Positions 26,884-34,315 of a stretch of 34,315 bases of DNA are shown here, in pieces. The notes under the pieces are model-generated. The model was not told the origin of the DNA and did no database searches. It saw only the letters and a program-made list of their open reading frames with translations. The DNA is from a virus (Duplodnaviria > Caudoviricetes), in IMG/VR virus record IMGVR_UViG_3300002301_000042, positions 1 through 34,315 of that record; one strand, written 5' to 3'. Position 1 is the first letter of the stretch, and each line of letters begins with the position of its first letter. A program made the position numbers and the translations under genes.

Positions 26884-27260
26884 AATTTAGCGAAGCAATG
26901 GCTGCTCTTGAAGCCGGAAAGAAAGTTAGATTGCCAGAATGGCCTGAATCTCAATACATTCATTTGCAAAAACATTGGATTCAAGATGAGCGATTACGTG
27001 ATTGTGATATTGATTGTTCATGGATAAAAGATAATTGGGAACTGTACGAAGAACCCATCAAAATGTATTCATTCATGGAAGCTGTTCAGTTGATGAAGGA
27101 AGGTAAAAAAGTAAAAAGACTGCATGGTTCTTTTGGAGATTTTTCTATAAAAAGAGCACCTTGTGATTTTATTTTTTATTGCAAAGAATCCATCAGCTTC
27201 CCATTGAGAATTTCAGATGTTGAAGCAACCGACTGGATCATCGTGGAGGATAAGTGTTAA
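26880..27260 (+). CDS. Tandem DUF2829/Tad2-like protein
   Basis: Two units: MKFSEAMAALEAGKKVRLPEW..DNWELYE and YSFMEAVQLMKEGKKVKR..DVEATDWIIVE. Confidence 0.65.
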   Translation: MKFSEAMAALEAGKKVRLPEWPESQYIHLQKHWIQDERLRDCDIDCSWIKDNWELYEEPIKMYSFMEAVQLMKEGKKVKRLHGSFGDFSIKRAPCDFIFYCKESISFPLRISDVEATDWIIVEDKC

Positions 27261-27470
27261 ATGGCTGGAAAAACAGAAAAACAACTACTAAAAGAGGAAT
27301 ATGGAACCGCTTCTTCTATCAGCTTCGCTTTTTGTACTGTACATGATTCTCAAGGAAACATTCTAGAACCTAGCAAATGTAAGATTTGTGGAGGATACAT
27401 GGTCACAGCGTATGGGAAAGAATCCTTCAAGGAATTTTGCATGAACTCTCATTGTGAAGCAAATGACTAG
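27261..27470 (+). CDS. Small Cys-rich hypothetical protein
   Basis: 69 aa, CKICGG..CMNSHC; GGAGG RBS. Confidence 0.6.
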   Translation: MAGKTEKQLLKEEYGTASSISFAFCTVHDSQGNILEPSKCKICGGYMVTAYGKESFKEFCMNSHCEAND

Positions 27471-27592
27471 GTAGATGTGAAGTAAGATAAATCTTAGGAA
27501 ATCTCGGCACGGATTGTCGCAATCGACGGAGTGCTTCAATCGTCTGAAATGATGGCGAGCGACGGATTGCGATCCTTTTTAAAGGAACAAAA

Positions 27593-28174
27593 ATGGAAGA
27601 TGAGAAAAATTCTAAAATGCTGATCCAAGACTTAGAGGCAATTCCGGACATCTTTACAGATGGAGTCCGTGGCATCCTATTACTACGTCGTAACAAAGAT
27701 GGTGAAGAAGGTAATGCGCAGAGGAAGACAATTAAGAGAATCTCACGAGATACGCACGAGTGGCGACATATGGTGCAAGAACTCTTGGAAATAAGGAACA
27801 GAACACATCTTGAATACCGCATCTACTCTTCTGTCAATGAACGCGACATAGAAAAGGCCATCCATGAGTTTAAGAGAAGACAGCTAGAGAGTGACTATGG
27901 AAACCGCTGGGAGAACCAATCATTCTACATAGATTCGAATAACCGCTTCTTTAGCTGCTTAATGAATCCATCTTGCAGAGCGCAGAACAACTTTTTGATT
28001 GACTGCGATACGCCGGAAGAATATGAATTTGCACAACTTCAACTGAGAGAATCCGGACTCATTCTCATGGAATACAAGACAAAGAGTGGTTGGCATATTA
28101 TTACTAATCCATTCAATCCTAATGATTATGGAACTATGCAAATAAAGAAAGATGAATTAATGTACATTGGATAA
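27593..28174 (+). CDS. Protein with AEP (primase-polymerase)-like motifs
   Basis: RIYSSVNER, FLIDCD (hhhDxD) and KTKSGWHII (SGxH). Confidence 0.55.
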   Translation: MEDEKNSKMLIQDLEAIPDIFTDGVRGILLLRRNKDGEEGNAQRKTIKRISRDTHEWRHMVQELLEIRNRTHLEYRIYSSVNERDIEKAIHEFKRRQLESDYGNRWENQSFYIDSNNRFFSCLMNPSCRAQNNFLIDCDTPEEYEFAQLQLRESGLILMEYKTKSGWHIITNPFNPNDYGTMQIKKDELMYIG

Positions 28175-28179
28175 TCTTC

Positions 28180-28365
28180 ATGGAAGAATTAAATAGCGTT
28201 CTTGAAAAGTTAGACAACTTTGATCTTGAAGAGCTTCAAGAAAAGTATGTAGATGCTTGCAAGATGCTGTTTGCTCTGTTTGAATGTATCGACGAATGTT
28301 GCGATGGGAAAAGCCATAAAAGAATAAGCGATATGTTTCAATCTATCGTGAATTTTGAGGATTAA
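28180..28365 (+). CDS. Small hypothetical protein
   Basis: 61 aa, acidic and helical. Confidence 0.5.
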   Translation: MEELNSVLEKLDNFDLEELQEKYVDACKMLFALFECIDECCDGKSHKRISDMFQSIVNFED

Positions 28366-28428
28366 AATTTGTTTCTTCCCGTGTATGTTCGTTAGTCAGT
28401 TTTCAGACGTACACGGGAGGGACATTTC

Positions 28429-28677
28429 ATGAATGTATTCGGACTGACAGCAAATCTGCTGGATTTAATTTTTATCGTATTAGGAAAAAGTGGGAAGGTC
28501 TTGAATGCTCAAGGCAAACGTGTTTGCTTTGTTATAGATACCATTTGCTTGGTCTATTGGCTTTGGATGGATATACAAAGGGGATTATGGTCACAAGCTG
28601 CTTCTGTGGTGTTTGGATTGATCATAAACGTGTATGGATGGAAAAAGTGGGGAAAAGATGGAAGAGGAAATAAGTAA
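28429..28677 (+). CDS. Three-TM membrane protein resembling a PnuC half-transporter
   Basis: Hydrophobic segments ending GLWSQA..INVYGWKKW; GGAGG RBS. Confidence 0.55.
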   Translation: MNVFGLTANLLDLIFIVLGKSGKVLNAQGKRVCFVIDTICLVYWLWMDIQRGLWSQAASVVFGLIINVYGWKKWGKDGRGNK

Positions 28678-29278
28678 ATTCACAATGGGATTCGCCTATA
28701 AACGCAAAGAGGGAAGAATGAAAAGTTGTACGAAAACTAAAGCAATCATATGTGATATTGATGGTACATTGGCCAATATTGAGCATAGAAGGCACTTTGT
28801 AGACCCTTCTTTGGCCTTTGACAAGGGATTAGCCAAATATGAAGTTGATGCGAATTTTAATAGGATAGATCTCAATTTAGACGGCAGTAGATGGAAGCCT
28901 GACTGGAAGTCCTTTAATGAATCCATGATCTGGGATACGCCTAATGAGTGGTGTCAAGAACTATTGAGAGGAATGGTTTATACTTTAGATGTATGGAATT
29001 CTCCGAATACCATTATTTTCGTCACAGGCAGGGAAGAATGCTATCGAAAGATCACTTTAGATCTTATTCAGCAGATGAACTGTATGAGAGGAAATTTTCT
29101 ATATATGAGGCCGGATAAAGATTACAGACCTGATGTAGAGATCAAGAGAGAGATCTACGAGAAATACATCAAGGACAAGTATGATGTTCTCTTTTGTATT
29201 GATGACAGGGATTGTGTCGTAAAGCTATGGCGTTCACTAGGTCTAGTGTGCCTTCAATGTTCCGAAGGGAACTTCTAA
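28634..29278 (+). CDS. HAD-family phosphatase (polynucleotide kinase 3'-phosphatase-like); start uncertain
   Basis: CDIDGTLA, VTGR, LYMRPDKDYRPDVEIK and IDDR motifs; no kinase domain. Confidence 0.85.
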   Translation: MDGKSGEKMEEEISKFTMGFAYKRKEGRMKSCTKTKAIICDIDGTLANIEHRRHFVDPSLAFDKGLAKYEVDANFNRIDLNLDGSRWKPDWKSFNESMIWDTPNEWCQELLRGMVYTLDVWNSPNTIIFVTGREECYRKITLDLIQQMNCMRGNFLYMRPDKDYRPDVEIKREIYEKYIKDKYDVLFCIDDRDCVVKLWRSLGLVCLQCSEGNF

Positions 29279-29282
29279 TACT

Positions 29283-29320
29283 TGGCCAAATCGTCTCTTT
29301 TTAGGGACATTTGGCTGGTT
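29283..29320 (+). terminator. Hairpin after the phosphatase gene
   Basis: GGCCAAAT-c-GTCTCT..AGGGAC-ATTTGGCT stem; weak U tract. Confidence 0.4.
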
Positions 29321-29369
29321 ATCTAAAATTGTGGATTAAAAAGTTTAGTGGGAGTAGGCTGAAAAGAAT

Positions 29370-29407
29370 AAAGCTCCGCGCTTTAATGGTTAACGTGCGG
29401 AGCTTTT
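29370..29407 (+). terminator. Hairpin/terminator upstream of the replication gene
   Basis: AAAGCTCCGCG..TGCGGAGCTTTT inverted repeat. Confidence 0.55.
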
Positions 29408-29524
29408 AACGGACACATACGAAACGGAATATAGTCTTGGCGGATTTTATATTCAAGTTTGATTCGTACAACATAACACAAGTGCCTAGTTTTCATGTAG
29501 TACCAATCTTTTCTTTACTCGTGG

Positions 29525-30367
29525 GTGCCCGTATTAAAATCTTTAATACAGGAGACAAAAATGCAAGCACCAACCAACAATGCAGAAAATATTGAAGTCA
29601 TAACTTCTCTCAAACCAACAGAACTAAAAATAGTAAAAGCCTTTCTCTGGTTCTTTAAAGAAAGGATTGCAGGAAACCATAACCTGACATTTCCTTCTAG
29701 GACAATGCTGGCTGCTATGGCAGATTGCTCAGATTCTTCTGTAAAACTTTTCATAAAAAAATTCGAAAATGTTCTTATTTATCACAACAGAAGACGAGAT
29801 CCAAAAAGTAAAAGATGCCTTTCTAATCTCTATGAATTCAATATGGAATTTTTCGAGTGGTTAGTACTTTTCGATGCTGCCGGCTTTTTTGGAAGGCTGC
29901 TGAACAGCGTGAAATATGCCTTGAAAAAACTGAAAATGAAGATCTGGGAAATGTATTTACAAAACCAGGATTTCCTCTTTGATCTCCTATACAAAAACCC
30001 ACTTATGAACAACGATTTTACCCATGGCTTTTTGTCTAGATTACCCAGTATTAAATCTTATCTCTTACGAATCCTTTCTCCTTATAAAGTACTTCAAGGT
30101 GCTGATTCTTCGAATCGAAAACAAGATAGTGCTAGCGCACCAACTGACCGAAGAGGCTTTGGAAAAAGTAATGCAATTCTTGAGGGGCTTCCTCTCTCAG
30201 GTCATGATAAAGCTAAGCTGATGTGCATGTTCGGTACTTATCATTTGAAAAAGGCTAGAGAAGCTTTTTTATATAAGCATGGAGATAATGCTAACATTCA
30301 AAATCCAGCTTCGTTTATATTTATGACAGCTAGAAATAGTTCAATTAATTTATTTAAGGTGAAATAA
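29525..30367 (+). CDS. Putative replication initiator with N-terminal HTH
   Basis: FPSRTMLAAMADCSDSSVKLFIKKF..SNLYEF and C-terminal IQNPASFI; the ATG at 29561 has an AGGAG RBS and may be the true start. Confidence 0.6.
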   Translation: MPVLKSLIQETKMQAPTNNAENIEVITSLKPTELKIVKAFLWFFKERIAGNHNLTFPSRTMLAAMADCSDSSVKLFIKKFENVLIYHNRRRDPKSKRCLSNLYEFNMEFFEWLVLFDAAGFFGRLLNSVKYALKKLKMKIWEMYLQNQDFLFDLLYKNPLMNNDFTHGFLSRLPSIKSYLLRILSPYKVLQGADSSNRKQDSASAPTDRRGFGKSNAILEGLPLSGHDKAKLMCMFGTYHLKKAREAFLYKHGDNANIQNPASFIFMTARNSSINLFKVK

Positions 30368-31111
30368 ATGAAAATTCTTAAAAAGAAAAATGTAGACAAT
30401 GAATTTATAAATATAGATTTTGAATCTTTTGAAAAATACATCCAATCTATCGCCGATCACCAGGAAAAAAATGGATTTATTAATTTCATATATATGAAAG
30501 ATTATTTGAAATTCAAAGAATTGGTAAAAAAATTTTCATGGAGAATCGTCTATCATTCATTCATGTTTCATCTGTCCACAGATCCAAAGGCAACTTTGAT
30601 GGTCGAGCATTGCTGCGATAAGTGTAACGAAGTAACATATGACAAGTTGACAAAGTTAGAATTTTTTGAATTATTTTCAGAAGATAGAAAGAAAATATAT
30701 AGATGCTATAAATGTAGCTGGAAACTAGAAGAGAACTCAAATAACTATATTGAGAATTGGCTTACTCCTGACAATGATTGGTTTAAAGATGTTGAAACGG
30801 ATCAAATAATAACAATAGAAGACAAATGGACAGCTCTCAATGATGTAAGAAAAACTAGGGATCTTGATGAAGAAATGATCATAAATCATGCTAAAAAAAT
30901 GAAGTATAAAGATTTTTTAAGAACTCTGTATTGGAAAGTAGTTTCCATGAAAAAGAAATCTGACTTCTTTTTTAGATGCCAAATGTGTAATGGGACTAAG
31001 ATGCTCTCAACTCATCACAGAACTTATGACATAATAGGAAAAGAAATGTTGAACATGCAGGATTTAACGGTTCTATGCTCAAACTGCCACGGAAAACATC
31101 ATGAAAAATAA
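30368..31111 (+). CDS. HNH-domain protein
   Basis: C-terminal YKDFLRTLYW..CQMCN..HHRTY..DLTVLCSNCHGKHH. Confidence 0.8.
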   Translation: MKILKKKNVDNEFINIDFESFEKYIQSIADHQEKNGFINFIYMKDYLKFKELVKKFSWRIVYHSFMFHLSTDPKATLMVEHCCDKCNEVTYDKLTKLEFFELFSEDRKKIYRCYKCSWKLEENSNNYIENWLTPDNDWFKDVETDQIITIEDKWTALNDVRKTRDLDEEMIINHAKKMKYKDFLRTLYWKVVSMKKKSDFFFRCQMCNGTKMLSTHHRTYDIIGKEMLNMQDLTVLCSNCHGKHHEK

Positions 31112-31180
31112 TCAAAGTACTAACACATTTAAAGACCAATCCAGTAACATATTGTACAGATTAAAGAGAGAAATCTTTCA

Positions 31181-31513
31181 ATGAAAGTTTATAATAGACA
31201 GGATTTCCTTAAGCTACCTTCCGGTACTTTCTTTGCTAAAGGCCATAAGTGGATTGTTGATGGCTTTTGCATCAAAGGAGACACATGGACAAATGATTTT
31301 CTCTATAAAACTCTAGTTGATATAGACTCGCATGATAGCAATCAATGGGCTGATAGATTGGAAGAAATGCTTGATAAAGGGACTTCTTATCCCATAAACG
31401 AATCTGAGGCAAGAGATGGCATGTTTGATGATGAGGATGTGTTTTTAGTGTTTGAAGATGACGATTTGAAGTATATAAGAAAATTAATTAATGAAAAATT
31501 AGGTGATTTATGA
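31181..31513 (+). CDS. Hypothetical protein
   Basis: 110-aa ORF in the operon. Confidence 0.65.
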   Translation: MKVYNRQDFLKLPSGTFFAKGHKWIVDGFCIKGDTWTNDFLYKTLVDIDSHDSNQWADRLEEMLDKGTSYPINESEARDGMFDDEDVFLVFEDDDLKYIRKLINEKLGDL

Positions 31514-31692
31514 GCATTAAGTGCAAAATATTTGAAGAAACTAATAATAAATCTATGGAAGAAGTCTCTTGTGATATAGACGATTTCTTCCAGGACAGGG
31601 ATGTAGAATTTTTATCTATGTCCACATATACAGAAAGAGTAGATCAATACGAATATACATCTATAGCAATATTATACAATACAAAGGATTAA
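31510..31692 (+). CDS. Small hypothetical protein
   Basis: 60 aa, AGGTG RBS, ATGA overlap. Confidence 0.6.
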   Translation: MSIKCKIFEETNNKSMEEVSCDIDDFFQDRDVEFLSMSTYTERVDQYEYTSIAILYNTKD

Positions 31693-31694
31693 TT

Positions 31695-31964
31695 ATGAAT
31701 ATTAAGTTTATTGATTTTAAGAAAGTGTTTGGTGAGAAGTATTTCGGCATAGCAGCGATTGTTCTGGATGACAAGATCATGCTGAGATACAAAGTGATCC
31801 CAGGAAAAGAAGGTAAAGGATTTTACTGCAAGCCTGCCAGTTACAAAGTGGGTGATGATTACATTGATGCCTTTGAGATAGACAGCAACTTCACCAAGAG
31901 CGCAATTGATCAAGTGATCAGAGACCATGTTAAACCTTTACTTGATGATGGGATACCTTTCTAG
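31695..31964 (+). CDS. SpoVG-like / ssDNA-binding-like small protein
   Basis: GIAAIVLDD..KVIPGKEGKGFYCKPASYK and acidic DDGIPF tail like SSBs. Confidence 0.55.
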   Translation: MNIKFIDFKKVFGEKYFGIAAIVLDDKIMLRYKVIPGKEGKGFYCKPASYKVGDDYIDAFEIDSNFTKSAIDQVIRDHVKPLLDDGIPF

Positions 31965-31972
31965 GAGGAATT

Positions 31973-32209
31973 ATGCCTTGTATGTGTCATTACGATCCTC
32001 CTGAAGAATCAAAGAAGTACATAAAAGAATTATGTTCTAAACTTGTTGAGGAGGTTAAATATCTGGAAAAAATAGGAGATCCTCTTGGTGTATCAATCGA
32101 TCATGCTAAGGAACTGATAGATCATCTATACGACCCTTCTAAATGCAAAGAAAGCACCTTAAAATCAAATGACGATAAGGGTCTGTGTGATGGCATGGAA
32201 AACTTCTAA
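31973..32209 (+). CDS. Hypothetical protein
   Basis: 78 aa, AGGAGG RBS. Confidence 0.65.
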   Translation: MPCMCHYDPPEESKKYIKELCSKLVEEVKYLEKIGDPLGVSIDHAKELIDHLYDPSKCKESTLKSNDDKGLCDGMENF

Positions 32210-32224
32210 TAACTCAAGGAATGT

Positions 32225-32503
32225 ATGTCAAAACGCGAAAGAATTGAGGATCTAGGCCGTATCTGTGAAATGCTGAACGTTCTGACCAAGTCTGAGCTGT
32301 TTGAATGGAAAGAAAAGTATCTCAAGGGGTGCAGAAACAAAGAAGCCACTGAATATTTCTTTCAGCTAGAACATGACAAACAAAGTGACATAATTCACTC
32401 TTTGTCTTATCAAATAAGTGACATGCACGATAAGCTGTATGACATGTATCAAATAGCCAGATGGGGAGATGAGGAAGAAGATGCTGAAGGTAGGAATGTC
32501 TAA
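32225..32503 (+). CDS. Hypothetical protein
   Basis: 92 aa, AAGGA RBS. Confidence 0.65.
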   Translation: MSKRERIEDLGRICEMLNVLTKSELFEWKEKYLKGCRNKEATEYFFQLEHDKQSDIIHSLSYQISDMHDKLYDMYQIARWGDEEEDAEGRNV

Positions 32504-32735
32504 GATCAGTCACGGAGAATCAGAAAAGCCCTTAGACTATCATTCCGTCATCTATAATGTTAAAGGATTTGCTGATGTAGAGAAGTACACTCCGGCTGAT
32601 TGTGATCTTCTGTACTTGTTGTTAGATGATGGTAGAAAGAAAATGGGATGGTGGACGGGTCAATCGTACTATGGATTAAGGCTTAGACCTGAAGACAAGA
32701 TCATAGGCTGGAAGAAATGCAAGGAATTAAGCTAA
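32469..32735 (+). CDS. Hypothetical protein
   Basis: 88 aa; last gene of the plus-strand block; start may be 32496. Confidence 0.6.
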   Translation: MRKKMLKVGMSKISHGESEKPLDYHSVIYNVKGFADVEKYTPADCDLLYLLLDDGRKKMGWWTGQSYYGLRLRPEDKIIGWKKCKELS

Positions 32736-32824
32736 TAGGATAAGATTCCTGATTCCTAGGGCCATTAGGAACATCAATAGAATAATCGCTAAAGCCAGTG
32801 CGTAGCTCTTTTTTAAGTTGTTTG

Positions 32825-34315
32825 TCATGCGATGTACTCGGTAATGATTACAAGACCATTTCCTCCTGCGCCTCCTGTGACTCCACTTTGGTTCGGGCCA
32901 TTTCCTCCTCCTGCTCCTCCTCCTCCTGTAGTTCCGGAAGCTCCGGTACTTGAAACAGCCAAAGACGCTACAGCAGCTCCGCCAAAAAAAGAAGATCCTC
33001 CTGATCCAGGGAATGATGAAGCAAAAATAGTATAATTACTGAATCCAAAATTTCCTGGATTTCCAGCGGTCGTTAGAGTTCCCGTACCAATTATTCCGCC
33101 TGCACCTGCACTGGAGGCATTACTTGTAGAAGCACTTCCACCACCACCACCACTACCACCGGGAGCTATACATAAAGATCCTAAAGAAGTTGTTCCTCCG
33201 GTAGTGCCATTTCCGCCCGAAGATGAGCCTGCCGTTCCACCAGATCCTACGGTTACTGTTTGAGAAGAACCAATTGTGGCTGCATCTGCAACCAATCTGG
33301 CATAAGAACCACCACCACCACCACCACCTACAGAAACTTGGGTAGTACTAGTGCTAGGTGCGCCTCCACCACCACCTCCTGCTCCTACCATTTCAATTAT
33401 GCAATAAGACATGTTTGTTGTGGGAGTGTAGGTGCCGCTTGTAGAAAATGTCTGGATGTTGACAGCGGTTATTGCACCTGTTGAGACGATATTTTGCCAG
33501 CTTGGAGGTGCGCCTGAATTAGCCGTCAAAACATAACCTGCCGTTCCATTGGCTAACAGAGAGGGAACACCTGAGTTTGAGGTGATCAAGACTCCGTTAT
33601 TTCCTGTCGCTACAACGCCTAATTGATCGGTTGATGAGTTGATAGTTGTAAGCAGAGGATTGGAAGAGGTTACGCCATTAATGCCCGAAATATAGGCAGC
33701 GTTTAAATTTCCAAGTCCCGTGCCTGTGCCATTTCCTATTCGGAGTGCATGGGATTCTGCTGAGTTTCCGGCGTTTAAAGCTCCAATGACTATATTGCTG
33801 GACTCTGAGCCTGTATAGTTTGCTCCGACTGAATAGCCCAGCAGAGTATTATAGCCACCTGTTGCTAAATTTAGCCCGGAAGATCCTCCCATGACAGTGT
33901 TTGCAGAGCCGCCATTAAGAGTAGAAAGCGTCTTATAGCCGACGGCCGTATTAGCAACATCTCCTGTGCTAGCCAAGATGGATTGGTATCCTAAGCCTGT
34001 ATTTGAAGATCCAGTGGCAGAAGCGGTTCCCGTTCCTTTTCCTATGAATGTATTGTTGCTAGAGTCCGTTACATTTAACTTTACTGTAGATCCTGTAGCG
34101 GAAAAATCAACAGAAGCTCCACAGTTTACAGAGGATGCTAGAGCTGTTAATGTTATTGTCGTACCCGTAGCACTGCCGGAGTCTCCATCTATCGTTTGCA
34201 GGGCTGCATTTGCTTGCCAAGTGGGAAGGGCTGAGGAGCTGACATAGGTCAAAACTTCTCCTGCTGAGGCTCCTGAAATTGAAACTTGCTGCAAAGCTCC
34301 GGTGGTACTAGTCCC
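32825..34315 (-). CDS. Tail fibre protein, 5'-truncated by the window
   Basis: Frame stays open to 34315 (GTSTTGALQQ..); NTxxG repeats, GxVLT..G.PPSW motifs and a C-terminal Gly-rich domain (TFSTSGTYTP..GAGGGGGG..GLVIITEY). Confidence 0.82.
   Translation of the reverse strand, partial: GTSTTGALQQVSISGASAGEVLTYVSSSALPTWQANAALQTIDGDSGSATGTTITLTALASSVNCGASVDFSATGSTVKLNVTDSSNNTFIGKGTGTASATGSSNTGLGYQSILASTGDVANTAVGYKTLSTLNGGSANTVMGGSSGLNLATGGYNTLLGYSVGANYTGSESSNIVIGALNAGNSAESHALRIGNGTGTGLGNLNAAYISGINGVTSSNPLLTTINSSTDQLGVVATGNNGVLITSNSGVPSLLANGTAGYVLTANSGAPPSWQNIVSTGAITAVNIQTFSTSGTYTPTTNMSYCIIEMVGAGGGGGGAPSTSTTQVSVGGGGGGGSYARLVADAATIGSSQTVTVGSGGTAGSSSGGNGTTGGTTSLGSLCIAPGGSGGGGGSASTSNASSAGAGGIIGTGTLTTAGNPGNFGFSNYTIFASSFPGSGGSSFFGGAAVASLAVSSTGASGTTGGGGAGGGNGPNQSGVTGGAGGNGLVIITEYIA

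Noticed and set aside
29525-30367. Iteron-type origin inside the replication gene
   Set aside because: No convincing direct-repeat set was seen by eye.
32900-33380. CCA/CCT triplet runs as tandem repeats
   Set aside because: They are simply poly-Gly codons of the tail fibre.
921-34247. Many short antisense or alternate-frame ORFs in the track (e.g. 921-1121, 3776-4093, 15152-15487, 27427-27822, 33966-34247)
   Set aside because: They lie within longer motif-bearing genes, lack RBSs and look like shadow frames.
1-34315. Host or lifestyle assignment
   Set aside because: No host genes, att site, integrase or lysin are in the window; sigma70-like promoters only indicate a bacterial host.

Overview
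This window is most of a tailed dsDNA phage genome with a podovirus-like virion module and no host genes. The minus-strand morphogenesis block contains small and large terminase, portal, scaffold, major capsid, head-tail/nozzle proteins and a Gly-rich tail fibre cut off at the window end. The plus-strand early block contains an ERF annealase, YqaJ exonuclease, HAD phosphatase, HTH replication initiator, HNH protein and many small ORFs, diverging from a Cro-like gene and RusA. The main finding is that the major capsid gene is split by two near-twin group I introns (10764-11125 and 10221-10620) with a 143-nt middle exon that the ORF track misses; splicing restores a 323-aa open frame. The introns sit in different codon phases, yet read-through into either ends in the same peptide, KSSLIDLELAA-stop, which resembles an ssrA/ClpXP degron. 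Each intron also carries a small ORF crossing the ribozyme core in the same frame. Other points of interest are an opposite-strand helicase plus Cys-repeat/HTH cassette, a tandem Tad2/DUF2829-like protein, a gene bounded by a 25-bp direct repeat and a structured capsid leader. All family calls come from motif recognition by eye; no searches were run.
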